Source of the DNA: Bugula neritina
Taxonomy: Eukaryota > Animalia > Bryozoa
DNA length: 64,000 nucleotides
Assembly (NCBI GenBank): GCA_964035545.1
Contig: OZ037768.1
Coordinates: forward strand, 12,409,675-12,473,674
Direction: 5' to 3'
A program made the position numbers and the translations under genes. How positions within the stretch are numbered: the first letter of the stretch is position 1; the number at the start of each line of letters is the position of its first letter. The notes under the pieces are model-generated. The model did no database searches. It saw only the letters and a list, made by a program, of their open reading frames with translations, and was not told the origin of the DNA. Below are positions 50,858 through 64,000 of the stretch, piece by piece.

Positions 50858-53800
50858 GGTATATATTACATACTACCTGCTACTGCCCTTACTAATTGGT
50901 TTGGAATGATACACTCATTTATATACTTATTATTAATACTACACTTTACTTAATACATTATATGGTAGACTTTACAATTGCCCATTGTTGCTCCAGACTA
51001 AGTTGAAGCATTAAAGTTACCTATAGCCTCTTTTTCACAAATTTGACAAATTACAAGACGTAAAAATCCATAAGATCTTAATACTTGAGAAACTAATATC
51101 TGGAAGCAGAATAATAATTACTCAAATCTTAGTACTTGGAAATAACAAATACATAAATATTAAACCTATCCCTACTCGAATTACTTACAACTACTTAACC
51201 CTCCGAATCATACATAGTATAGAATGCACATGTCTTAATAATTTTGTTAAAATATCAGGTTTATTTCACAGTATCATGGGGTGTATTTGTCTATTTACGT
51301 GCTACCTGCTTCAATAAGTTCTATTGCTCAGTCAAGTAAAAGAAGTGATTCTAGAAGATTGATTCAATAGTCTTGGGACATGACGTTAAACTGCAACCAT
51401 TGTATTATTTTATTAAAAAAAATATAATTTCACAGTATCGTAATTTTCACCAGTTTACCCAAATATTTATAAAATTATTAAAAAATCTTGTTTCTGAAAG
51501 GAATTGTACATAGTGACCATTCACATGTCAAGTTTACATTTTTGCTAGAGAATAATTTATAATTATTTTTTTTAAACAACCTGGACATACAATTGTACTG
51601 CTGATACCACGCAACTTTGCAAATAGGCAGTTAAAGCTGAGCATTATTCTTTATTTTGAAGGCATGACCATGTTACACTTTAGCTAATGGTAACCATTTG
51701 ACACTAAAACCAGTACAAAAGGTGGGATTGCATACACTTTCGACACCTAATGCTTATTGGGTAAATATTTATTATGTCAATCCTTGTACACATAATCAGG
51801 CCTTTCCATAGCCTGCATGGATGTGGGATCTTACGAGATCCAATGTCAAATGTGCGCTGTAGACATCCAACAGCATCTTGCCAACCTAAGTAATATACCT
51901 TAACCTCAGTTTGCCTATCGAGTTGTTGTGTAATTAGCATCACATGTCTGGCCAATTTAATTCTTTCGAGAATCCTGGTAATAAACCATGATCATTAATT
52001 TCAGTTAACTGTATACAGTTTATTTTTGATTACAGCTGTTATGTAAAGGTTGACAGAACTGGATATACATGTAATATTCCTTTTCAATAATTCTTAAATA
52101 CTTTTGTTAGCTTTAAAATCTTAACAAAAATCAATGCGACAAAATCTTAATTAAATTCAATAACTGAGTGGAGCTATTTGTCAGGTGGATGATAATATTT
52201 AGGCAGGCCCTATTGCTGTGATGATTGACCGATTAATCCAAGTATCTGTAATTCCTATACTAATACTTATACCTAAACCCACACATAAAAGTTAGAAATC
52301 AGAGTAAAGGAATTAGCTTGACAATCATTAGTTAACTTAAATAAATTTTCAAAATTTTCTAGCTCAAAATTCAAATTTGAAATTTGTAACATTGACAATG
52401 ATTATTTTTATAATGTTGTGATTATGGGCATAGTTAAAGTCTATGACTACTAGTACTTAAGAAAAATTATTACTCAACATAATCACAATGATGGTGTAAC
52501 TGTAAGCTAAACCTAAGTCCTAAGGCTAAAGCATTGAAGATTCCTGATAGAACAACTTGCTCATTGCTGACTAGTAATACAAATTATGCTATTATTGTTA
52601 AATAGACAATAATAGTAATATGTTACAATCTAGAAACTACAAGTACAACTAATGCTATGATTCAATTTAATTTTAATTAAATTTAAATATTTCTGCCTTA
52701 CCTTGAATTTGACAGTTGATAATGATATTGTTAACAGTTATGTTTCAGTTTGACTTAAGCATAAAAGTACTACGAATAAGATCTGATAACCTGAATGATG
52801 ATGGTAATAGTTATAGCTGATGGTGCTAAAATTGAAAAATAGTTTTATCGCGGACGAAGTCTAGAGGTATACTCCCACTAAACTATGAAGTAAATGATGA
52901 TTGAGCTGACGATAGTATGGTGATTGGACTAATAAGAGAGCACCGTGGAATGCGATGCAGAAACAAGTGAGCTTAAGACACATTTGATTGGCCACTCTTT
53001 TGTCATCCTTATAAATTAAAAGGGAGAATAACTCCTTAGATATTAGGGATTCAGCTGATTTCTCATTGGATATTAACGTATATTTGTCAAATATTACTAT
53101 TTAACCACTCACTAATTTAGTTATTGGTAGCTGGTTTGTAAGATTACTGAATGATTCTGGTTTGAGTTTGAGTTATTGAATCTGAATATCAGTGTGGGTA
53201 TGAATATGGGTATCATAATTGCCACCAATCAAATTATAGTCAAGATACTTTTATTTCAGCCTGATTTAATTTCATTTTTTTGAAAAGCTTTATTTATGTT
53301 TGCAGTACTAGTTGTACTAATGGTTGATATTTTACTAGAGTATAATTCATCGGGATTTTCATCGATATAAGATTGACAATAAAGGCTGCAATAATTACAG
53401 TTTCATGAGCTCATTTGTGATTATATTTATGATTTAAGTTGTGGTGTAAGTTATTATAAGTTTCTCTTATTCTCAGTTATAGTCATAATTTATTTATAAA
53501 TTATAGCTATAGGTAGCAGTTTGAAACTGAATAGCACGAATTGTATTCCGCTAATATATATGTTTTTAAAAAAACTTATTAATATAAAAAACAAATTGAA
53601 GTATGACATTAGCAGTTCTAAGCATAGTATTAACAGTCATAAAAGATATAGCATTGTGTGTTGATTCAATTTTATACTTTGGAATGGGCATATCATAATG
53701 ATAGTCAGCCAGGCAATCGTCTTATGCTATAACTCAAATACGTTTTCTGCCGAGAACGGAATCCCCGGATCTGAATTTCTAAGAGGCGTAAGAGCTCTAG

Positions 53801-54054
53801 CTACTGGCCTCTGTGCTCAACGCCTGAAATAATATTATAATTATAGACAACGATTGTCATAGACTATTATTATTATTTGAACTTACTGATTACTAATTAA
53901 TTACTTGAGTATAGAATAATTTAGATAGCATATAACTATACAGTTACTTTGAAGCTTTTCCCTTGCCCAATTCGATTTACAGGACAAGGTTTCATTTTAC
54001 CTACCTTGGAGTTGCCCTCGTACTTTCCCTCAGACTCTTGAGGGCACTTCTTAT

Positions 54055-54480
54055 GTGAACAATTGTAAAAGTGCAATGACACAAGAAAATTTGGATTTCG
54101 GTGCAGAAAATCTGTCTAAATTGCTGATGCAAGATCACGCTTTCGAAATTATGAGAAATGGAGAATATGGCAGTCAATGGTTAATAATTGCAATAGCTCA
54201 TCTTTTAGGAATAAATATACAAATTATATACCCTGTTCAAACACCACCACGATATATGAACTGTCTTCTAAGGCTCAATGAAAATAGTGATGACAAAATC
54301 ATTCTCAGTTGGACTACTGCTGGTAGATATGTTGAAGACGAGAATAGTTTAGTTCCAGATCATTTTGTTGTGTGCACAGCAATGACCAGATCTCCGCAAC
54401 ATCCTATGCCTATAAACATACAAGAAAAAGCAGATGCTGAAGTAAAGTTCAAAAATTATGGCCAATTCACTAGAATGTAA
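54055..54480 (+). pseudogene. Vertnin/OTU-like cysteine protease domain fragment of a MULE
   Basis: NGEYGSQWLIIAIAHLLGINIQIIYP..MNCLLR..IILSWT..VPDHFVVC resembles the C-terminal half of vertnin-type OTU folds. The upstream catalytic GDGNC appears decayed (TGQG near 53980). Confidence 0.55.
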
Positions 54481-54744
54481 GTTTTGGAAGATAAATTATT
54501 TCTGTATTTAGATTGTAACTGTTAATCTTTGTAAGGTTGATTGGTTTATTATATAGCATACTACTGAAATGCCATATTGTAACATGAAACATGACACAAT
54601 TGTAATAGTAACATACCTAAAATGCATATGATTTCTAGACATACAACATAACGATATTGATATAATCAATATTGCCTGTGGTCAAAATAATTAAGAATTA
54701 TCTGAAAGTTGAAATAAAAATAAATATATTTTTATTATTTTCAG

Positions 54745-56790
54745 GTCATGTCATCAAAATGTACCAGCACTGCACACTGACACACTGATAATCACTGAAC
54801 ATGCCATAGAGCTAACCAACAGACTAATAGAAGGCACTATCACTTTCGAGCAAGTAGGGACCCAAAAAAGATTAAATGGCATTATTTGTAGCGCTATATA
54901 TGTAGTAAATGCTGATATTTACTAAATGAGAAGAGAATGGAAAACACATCATGTCAACCAGAAGAAACGGCTTTGTTTGCAAAGGTAATAAGGGGTTGAA
55001 GAAAACGGAAATAACTTTTAAGAAAAGAGATGGAAGCTGTTTGGATTTATTAATTATTCAATATAGGTTTGACAACGCATCTGAAAATAAAGTAATTGTC
55101 AAACCCCATGGAAACTTTAAAAAGTCAGTTCTTTTCTTTCCAAGTGACAGAGCATTGCTGCAAGAGCTAAAGGAAAAATCATCAGGCCTACATAGCAACG
55201 AAAACCCAGTGGCAATATACAACAATCTGCCATAAGTAAAACACTGCATACAGTAGGAACAATAGGGGCAGTGCCAAGAGATGTAAAACAAATAAAAAAT
55301 TTTAGGAACAAAAAATAAGCAGATCCAGTGGAGTCACTTTACGCATTGTATTTTGCGCAAAAGTCACATGATCAATTTATCCAACAAATTAGTTTTGATG
55401 ATGGAAATTTTACAGTTATTATATTATATACAAAAAAGCAAACCTAAGAATGCCACTTTACCTAGACACTACATTTAATCTAACGAACATGTACACGGTG
55501 ATACTTACGTTGAGAGATGAGCGATTTGCTGGATCCCCAATAACAATTGGACCAATGATGCTGACTCAGAAAATGGATAGTGGTAGCTACACTGTGTTCT
55601 TCCAACATGTCATCAGAAAGTTGCTAAAGCTACAACATAGGCAATTGGTATTTGTAACTGATGGTGAAAAAGCAATACTAAAGGCTCTTCAAATATTTCC
55701 CAAAAGACATGCATTTCGGCGTTTTTCACATGTGTACGATAACATCCAAAGAAAGCTAACTAAATTATGCATACCAGCTAGCATAAAAAAGGTTTTTTTA
55801 TACGACATTAGTCAAAAATTGAGTGGTCAGACGGAGAGTAAAATGAAAGAAGAGAGAAAAAACACCACTGAAAACTGGCAGAATATTAGTCGAAACAAAT
55901 GCTACCAAGGTGTTTGCAAATTTATACACTATTTCGACGAATAAATCTGGAATTCCCTTATCGTAAATTCCAACAAAAAAATTCAAGGATATAATTTCAC
56001 ACCATCAACTTTTGTTACAACAAATGCCTCTGAGTCGTGTAATGCAATGATCAAAAGATGTGTTCAAGGAAAAAAATTAACAGTGTCTAACCTTTGTATC
56101 AGCCTAAAAAAAATGGTTGATAGAATGTCTGAGGAAATCAAAAAAGGAATATCTGGAATATCGAAAAAATTTATCTAATTGGATACTTGAAAAGGCATAA
56201 AATTAGATCCAATTAGAGCAATTAATAATAAAAAGGATATAGAAATTTCGCACTTAAATGAAGTGATGAATTTGCTAATGAGTAAAGCTAGTAATGCAAA
56301 AGTTGTACAAGTTAGGAACAGTGAAGATCATGTTTCAAAACTTGACAATTCACCACAATATGAAACTATAAAATCAAGGCACAACTCTCAACGATGCTGC
56401 ACCTGTGAAACCTACAAAAATTTGATGACCTACGCACATGTAGTGGCTGGTGCACAGCATGTTGGAGAAGGAAATTATTCCTCTATTAACTTGACACCCA
56501 AATCAAAGCTAAAAAACATTCTCGACAAATATGGAGGAAGAAAAAGAAATGAAAAGCCAAGGAAGAGGCGTGGAACACAAAGAGATAGCAATTAGTCCGA
56601 AGAGGGTATTTTCCGAAGCTAATCTGAAAATGTATATAGTAGTATAACCGTAAAAAATATTAGCAAAGTGCAAGGATCTAGTGAAAATTCAGCTCTCACA
56701 ACTGCGAACAAATTAAACTCTACTAATTTAGAATTCCTAGTAATTAGAAAAAGTAGGCGCATAACAAACTGCTTTGGCTGTTAACGAGAT
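54745..56790 (+). pseudogene. Mutator/MULE DDE transposase with SWIM finger, degenerate
   Basis: PHGNFKK, PRDVKQIKNFR, LYLDTTFNL, GPMML, FVTDGEKAI, FSHVYDN, TTNASESCNAMIK, CCTC..YAHVVA; multiple frameshifts and stops; TIRs not found. Confidence 0.8.
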
Positions 56791-57712
56791 TTTAATTTAT
56801 TTGACAGTTTTGTTATTAAACAAAAACACAACTTTTTTCATTTTGACAAAATGTGCATTATAAAATCAAAAATCTGTAGATGTATTTTTTTCAACACCGT
56901 GGTAGCAGATTGGCCGGCAGAGTGGATTGGATCGTAGCAATGTAAAGTCATGTATAAATCACTCTCTGTTATGTAATAGTGTACGTTAGTTTTAATATCT
57001 TTTATTTGCTGTATAATTTGTAATAAATAAATTATATTCTATTCGTGAAAAACCTGGTGAAGTGGCTTTGAATAAGTAGACCCACTAATTGTTGTGAATC
57101 ATACATTCACAACAATATTACGTCTTTGTATAAGCATTACCATTTAATGGACAGTAGGAAGGTTGTTCACAGCTACAATGTGTGTCGTTTAGTTTAGTAG
57201 TGGTAGTAGAGATGTGTGCAGTCTTAACTTTGTGCTGGTTCGAGCCATCAATACCTAACATTTTTCATGTTGGGCATGCATGAATAATTAATTTTTGTGG
57301 TCTTCCTCTTGAAAAATTTACTTAGTCGGTTGGATGGTGGAAAGCATTTGTTAATGATTTGAAGAAATGTTTTCCTATATTTTGGTTTTTACTGTTGAAC
57401 TAAAAAGTGGGTTGTACCACAATATTTTTCTATTTTTATTATTTTTTTTTTGATTTAGGTGTTGGATTACTTTTTAATTTATAGTCATATCCACTGTTTG
57501 ATGGTGCTTCTTGCTATGGTTGTATGGTGGTTTTAAACTCCTCCTCATTGGAGGATAGTAGGCTAAGCCTTGGGCCACACTGTGCGTATTTTCGCGTGCG
57601 AGTTCGCATGAGAAGAAATACGCAGCGGTAGCGACATGCCACACACGACGTTACGCAGGAAAATGCGAAAATTAACTAGCCAATTGCTTTTGCTTTCAAC
57701 GTTACTGCTCGC

Positions 57713-59894
57713 ATGCTCTCCTTGTTTCTATGGCTACACATGCTGATGCTGCCTTGCAAAATGACAATCGATTCGAGCAGATTGCTTTTATTTAAAAAAA
57801 GATCATTATTTCTAAAAAAGAAAGTATTGCTTGCTGAAAAAGTTAAACAAAAATACTGGGTTCATCCAATTAATATAAAGAGGGATAAACTTGGGCTTCA
57901 CAGTACGCTTGTTGATGAGCTTCGACACCAAAATGCCGAGTCCAGACATAAAAACTATTTTAGAATGTCTGCATATAAATTTGACTTTTTATTAAGATTG
58001 ATTGCGCCAAGTCTTACTAAGCAAAACACAAATATGCGTCAAGCAATTGAACCCTCCTTAAAGCTAGCCACCACATTGCACCATCTTGCTGAAGGTAGTA
58101 GTCACAGAAATATAGCCACTCACTACCGGCTTGGAAGATCAACTGTAGCTGGTATAATTTATACTACATGTGACGCTATTTATGATGCCTTGCAGCCATC
58201 CTTTTTAGCAGTACCAACCGGGAAAGAAGAGTGGAAAAAAATAGCCCAGGGGTTTGTGCTTATTAGTACTATATGCTACTGTATTAGAATTGATAACTTG
58301 ATTTGTACAAATTCTTGAATAAATTACTATACTGTGAAATTCATTTACAATATTTCCTTCAACTTTGTTTTAAGATTTGAAGAAAGATGGAATTTTTCTC
58401 AACTGTATTGGTGCTGTTGATGGAAAGCACTGTACAATACAGAAACCAAAGAACACGGGCTCAACTTATTATAATTATAAACAGAGACTATCCACTATTC
58501 TATTAGCTGTATGCAGCAGCAATTACGATTTTTTAATGATTGATGTTGGTGCGAGTGGAAGCAACAATGACGCTGGAGTTTGGGCGCAATCAAAATTTTC
58601 CCAAGGATTAGAGAATGGTAAAAAATAGCTCTGCTTACCAGTATTTAACTTTTTAACATCTAATAAATGTATTATATTTTGACTAGCAATTATATGCTTA
58701 TTATCACCATTTTCTTTAGGCACTATCGACTTACCAGAACCATCAGTATTATCTGATTCTTCAACCCTATTCCCTTATACCCTTGTTGGGGATGAAGCTT
58801 TTCCTCTCAAGTCATATTTGATGAGACCTTATCCAGGTCGTAGTATCAGCAATGAAAGCCAAAGAATATTCAATTATAGACTTAGCAGGGCAAGAAGAGT
58901 CATTGAAAATACGTTTGGTAAGTTTGGTAAGTCTAGTGTTTGAGTGGCATAGCTGGTTGGCAAACTGTCACAAATTCTGAGTGTACATATATCTATAGAC
59001 TTACCGGGTTTTTCCTGATGATTATACACGAATGTTCATGAATATTCTAGACTGATCAAAGAGATGGGTCATTGTTCATTGTTATTGTTTTCATTAGTCA
59101 TGTTAACTACTGCCCAGCAATGTAAACAAGGTGTTGCGCAATAATTGCGAAATAACCATGGAAATTCCAATGTTTTGTTTTGTTTTGATTTTCTATAAAT
59201 AGTATTGGCATGTGGGGAATGTTTTCTACTAGAATCTTCTGTACTGGAATGCTTGAGAATATTCTAGAGCTTCTTGTTCACTATAAATACTGAGGCAGTT
59301 GTGTTTACAGTTCAGTTCATTCTCGGAGTTCATTTTTATAAATCCATCTGTGCATATCTTACTATAGAGAAATAAAGTCTACTTATACAACTCTATTTAC
59401 TCTCAACTGGGTTAGCAAGCTGTATGCTACTTGTCTCTATACTTCTGACTACCAAACTTTTCGAACTCGTCACACTGCTACCAACAGTTTTGTGACACAA
59501 ACTATTTCTTTGCATGCATCAGTTGCAATCTTTATAACTTTGCATGTATTCTATTTAGGGATACTAACTCAGCGCTGGAGAATACTGTTTAGGCCTATCA
59601 TTGCTGATGCTTCAAAAGCAACAAAATTAGTGAGAACTGCATGTGTTTTGCACAACTTTCTAAGAAAAGTTGATGATGAAATTTATTGCCCACCTGGGAT
59701 ATGCTGACCAAGTGAGTCATGATGGGAGTATCAAATTAGGATTTTGGCGTGCAGCACGACAACCGACTTTTGGATTGTATCTTCGAAATAGAGGTGCCAC
59801 AGTAGCAGCTAGCGAACTCAGAGACAAGGTGACTTTATATTTTTGTAACGAAGGAAAAGTAGCTTGGCAAGATAATCATATTAACAAAAGGTAA
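57713..59894 (+). pseudogene. HARBI1-like DDE nuclease, 4 exons (..58251, 58375-58617, 58720-58917, 59559-59894), two 1-bp frameshifts
   Basis: WVHP, YFRMS, MRQAIEP..LATTLHHLAEG, NCIGAVDGKH, DVGASGSNNDAG, GDEAFPL..LMRPYPG, FNYRLSRARRVIENTFG, CVLHNFL. Frameshifts in the T run (about 58395) and the G run (about 59697). Confidence 0.9.
58966..59497 (+). mobile_element. Solo LTR in Harbinger intron 3
   Basis: TGTCACAAA...TTTGTGACA ends, perfect 5-bp TSD CAAAC, TATAAATA at about 59282 and AATAAA at about 59371. Confidence 0.9.
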
Positions 59895-60759
59895 AAATAA
59901 AGCTGGACAGAAAAACCACTCAAACTTGTACGATGCTGCAAAAACTGTATTTATATATGTATATGTATAGGTATATGTATATGTATATATGTATATATAA
60001 GCTGCTAGTAGTAAAATATGTTACAAAAAATAAATCCAACCTGACTAGTTCAAAATATTATATGTAGATTTCTATGCTTCAAAATTCTAGTAAAATCTAT
60101 GTAGTTGATATAAGCCATTTTACTTAAACATCGTAGGCATCCAGGTTATTTTGATAAAATCAATTACTGTTAATTAAAAGATCATACTTTTTTAGTTGCA
60201 TTCACAAAATATATACAAAAAATCTCAACTCAATATACCAGAAAAAATGAATTAAAATATATGTGTTAATAGCACTGAGATTGACGTGACCGTGGCGCAT
60301 GAAAAATCTGAAAGAAGAGTTGTCTTCTATTTTTCTATATTAATATATAGAGCTTGTCGTGAAAATGAAGATTTTTTAAAAAAAATATTGTGATCCTCTG
60401 GTAACTTCCTGAATTTAGAAAATTAACTCATATATTTCTTTTCATGTGGACAACAGCTCACTTTTTTTTAAATTTATTTTGAAGCTCTTTTCGTAAAAAA
60501 TAATCAAAAGTAAAAAATCCAAAATTTTTACAAATTGGTTCGGGGCTTGACGTGAAAGGCATTTGGACGAAGATGTCAAGGTCACCATTAATAAATTTAT
60601 TTTATCACAATTCACAATACTGCACAGAAAGTTAATGAAGTGGGCTGAAAATTAGGTTGCTAGCATATTCATATTGATATGCATTATATTGATTGTTACA
60701 GTATTATTTTTTAAATGTGTTTTGTTATCAGTTATGTTTAACTTCTTTATAGAGCTGCT

Positions 60760-61400
60760 GTTAGACTAAGACTAAGAGTAAGACATAATATTAGCAACAA
60801 TGAATGATTCAATGATAATATTAATAATTAATATCACTTTAATATTAAATTAAAATTATTATTAAATTGAAATTCACGGTGACGTATCACTATCACTATG
60901 AGTATGAGTATCGTACAAATTAATTATGAGTATGAGTATTACTATGACATTAACTCAATCAGTGATTGACTATTAGTATTACTATGAATATGACTGTGCA
61001 TAACTCAATCACAATGAGAATATCAATATGAATATGGCTTCTAATTCTTGTAACTTTTGACTATCACTATGATGATGCTGATAGTGATAATCACTGCCAG
61101 CCCAAGTCTCATACTCATAGTGATACTATTACTATTGTCTATTAGTATTAATAACTAGTATTACTATTAGTACAACTACTAGTACTGTACTAGTATTACT
61201 CATAGTTCTGATAATGATGGAGATAATAGTTTTAAAAGTTCTACTTCTACTTTTATAGTAACTGTGAGCTAGATTGTATATGTTGAACTCTACTCATTTT
61301 TTACTACTAATGCTAATACTAATAGTAATAGTAATACTAATAATAATTATAGTTGTTATAATGATAGTAATACTAATAGTAATAATAACTATTTCAATTT
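60760..61400. repeat. Low-complexity (ACT/AGT/AAT)n-rich repeat
   Basis: tagactaagactaagagta start shared with the 39075 region; mixed trinucleotide and hexamer runs. Confidence 0.55.
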
Positions 61401-62102
61401 GATAATTTATGTTTTACAACAGCATTATCGCTTATCAATTACATTGGTTCATAATATGATTATTTTAATTTTGCTTTGTGTGTTTTTTCATGTTGTAAAT
61501 TTAAGTTCGTATGGTTATTTAATGAACTAGAGAACTAGCCAAATGTTATGTACCGATTGCAATAATTTACTATAAACTCAGTGAAATTTAAAACCTAATT
61601 GATATTACTATGACATTGATTGTACAGAGGTAGCTAAAATATACATTAAATTACCAATAATTTTAACTCGCCAATACACTATGAGTAGAACAGTCAAATG
61701 CAATGATAGAAAATTAATTAGTCATAGCAGCCCGTTGCTTGAGGAACATTGAGCTACAGGTCTAAAATGATTTAGTTTTGTGATCCCTTATATAACAAAA
61801 TAATTTTTTTTAAACTGGTTTAATACTTTTATTATAAACACGCTTATCAAAGTAACATGTTTTTGATGTATATTCTATTAAAAAAGCAATCACATCAGGT
61901 TTTCAATTTGTATGTTGTACAAAGTTTATTATGGTGACAAGTTACTAAATTATATGGTTCAGCTTTGTAAAGTAAAGCTGATAAAATAAATACAATTATG
62001 TGATTGTTTTACTGCTATATATTAAATTTAAATGAGTTGAATAATATCCTAGTGCATTGAATTAGATATTTTTTTTAGCTTTGGTACACCTGTTTGTTAT
62101 AG

Positions 62103-62700
62103 GCTAACATTCCACCAATAGAAGAATGGTGCAAGTAGAAGAAATTTCAGGTGCAGAAAGCTAAGGAGCAGTCAGAATGCTGCCAGAGTTGTGAAGAGGC
62201 ACTTGAAAAAGCTGAATTTCAATAATGACATGAAATTCGTAACAGATCACCCTGGTGTAATTGAACTGACATGGCCAGCAGAGTTCTCGAAGTCACATAC
62301 AACAGCTATTTACATCATCATGGTTAGCTTAAATGTAATTCCTATATCAGTCTCTAATATATAGTTTGATATCTGCTGTAAATTCGCTTAAGGAGCATAC
62401 ACATAACCAAAACTGAGTTACACTATAGTATTTGTTCTTGAATATATTTACCAAGATAAGTAGATTTGCTAATTCATTAACAGTAAAATTATAATGATAC
62501 AACAATTTTTCTTTTAGATGATTCAATCAATAACACAAGACACTACAACATGGTTTTGCAGTTATAGAGTATTAATTTTCTGGCTCTTTCCAAATCTTCA
62601 TAGAAGGCAAAGAAAACCACCGTCAGCTTGCCTTTATAACTGAGTGCACGCGTCTTCCACCTACAGATGATGGTTAACAATTTGCTGGTGTGGAACTTTC
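62103..62700 (+). pseudogene. P2X7 intracellular (ballast)-like Cys-rich protein relic, 2 exons
   Basis: Exon 1: EEWCK*..SECCQSCEE..VTDHPG..RVLEVTY. Exon 2: FCSYRVLIFWLFPNLHRRQRKPPSACL..PPTDDG*QFAG. These follow the WCxC..ExxCC..ITxHPG..AYR..W..LG..R..PSC..FP..Y.GF pattern. Confidence 0.55.
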
Positions 62701-64000
62701 TAATTTTGTTTACAATGAAGATAGATTATAGGACATTATTCTTTATGTAAAGATTGTCAAGTTTTGTTATAATTAAGAACAGTTTTAGTTTCAATAAATC
62801 AGTTCAACATTATGGACATCATTGCACAAACATTTTAATCTTTACTATCTACAAAGGTATCTGATGGACTACTTAAAAATACAAAACTATGCTCCAGATA
62901 CACAATGCACTGACCAGCAAAGTTAAAATGAGTTGGAGATGTAAAACATAATATCTTGTTCAAGGCTTTTCCCTGCTGTTGGAACCTTCTACTTCAGAAC
63001 ACTGAATTGAACAAACATATGTAGATATATGAAACTTTGCAAAAAATAATAATGTGAAATTAGTTGCTAAGTATCACATTGCTAATAAATACAGCATTGT
63101 GTAATGTTTTATTTAATTTTTTTTTGAGCCATTGGATCTATAGGCCCGCATAGTATTTACTATATTATAACTAATAAATTGCAGACACATTATGTCAGAC
63201 CAGTTTCCATTTAAATAGAATAGTGTAGGCTATCAAATTTGTAGAAGTAAAAAACCGCATTCATATTTAGTAAAATACTTGCCTTTTTTTTCATGATGCC
63301 TCTACTGCTAAAAAGAGAAGTTTTTATCAATACAGCTCCATCAATCTGTATCCTGATGAAGCTAGTAGTTTAGGAACATTTGTGGGGGGGGGGAGTGTAG
63401 GCTGAGCTGCAGTATAGGAAAAACCCCAACATATGTAATCTATTCAGCACATTATATGTATATTTATTCAAAAAAGGATTTAGAAAATGCTTTATGAAGA
63501 GATGAACAAAGTAAAAATTAATGCTGGTGAAAGTAATATTATTACACCCATTAGAATTACTAGCAGCTATAGCATTAACATTATGTATTTTCATAAAAAT
63601 GTGTCTAATTTATGCTACAAAGTTATTACTGCCAAAGGTTACAAAATTTACCAGTCACATTCATGCAGCTGGCGGAGAATAACTAACTTTCACTTGCAAT
63701 AAATATTATATAATATATTGATAATTATTGGAATCATAATTATATTTATTGTTATGATCATTATGATTATAATTATTTAATATTATCTTTATGTTTGTAT
63801 TTAAAGTTGTTCCTTAAATTAAAAGTTGTTTAAGTTTTATAAATTTATTATAATTATATTTCTGTATAAGTATTAGTATAATTAAATTATTATAATTTAT
63901 ATTTTATTATTTATATTTATTTCACTTTTTATTTCAAGACCAGCAGTTCAAATTGAAATTAATACTTGTGTCGTTTGCTTTATATTATAACTTACAAGTA

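Larger units (their letters stand above)
57568..59894 (+). mobile_element. PIF/Harbinger DNA transposon (left end and transposase; right TIR not seen)
   Basis: taa|gccttgggccacactgtgcg is a Harbinger-like left end after a TAA, followed by a HARBI1-like gene. Confidence 0.75.

Noticed and set aside
57185-57250. tRNA or tRNA-derived SINE (A-box-like tagtttagtagtgg, B-box-like ggttcgagcc)
   Set aside because: No cloverleaf could be folded and there is no second copy in the window.

Overview
AT-rich, intron-containing animal (invertebrate-type) genomic DNA, dominated by a tandem segmental duplication and nested transposons. No prokaryotic features, CRISPR array, rRNA or convincing tRNA are present. 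Host part: two near-identical copies (1-10524 and 20800-30371) of a multi-exon truncated ankyrin gene that encodes ANK repeats plus only the first ZU5 domain. Each copy is followed by an inverted cluster of paralogous ankyrin exons. There are also two relics of a B-box gene (17850-18531, 42678-43340). Mobile part: (1) an Academ-like DNA transposon relic with TAG..CTA TIRs (14407-17674); (2) a minus-strand gag-protease-only Gypsy-like element A (30754-38839); (3) a young RT-less Gypsy-like element B (33265-38632) inserted in A's 5' LTR, carrying a predicted spliced zinc-finger/coiled-coil accessory gene and a -1 frameshift signal shared with A; (4) a KDZ transposase exon; (5) an unusual retroelement C (44800-50700) whose coding order is Gag knuckle - dUTPase - signal peptide/class III-like fusion glycoprotein - integrase, followed by two coiled-coil ORFs; (6) a MULE relic with a vertnin/OTU-like domain; (7) a Harbinger transposase with a solo LTR in intron 3; (8) a P2X7-ballast-like relic. 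All calls come from manual reading and motif recognition; no searches were run.
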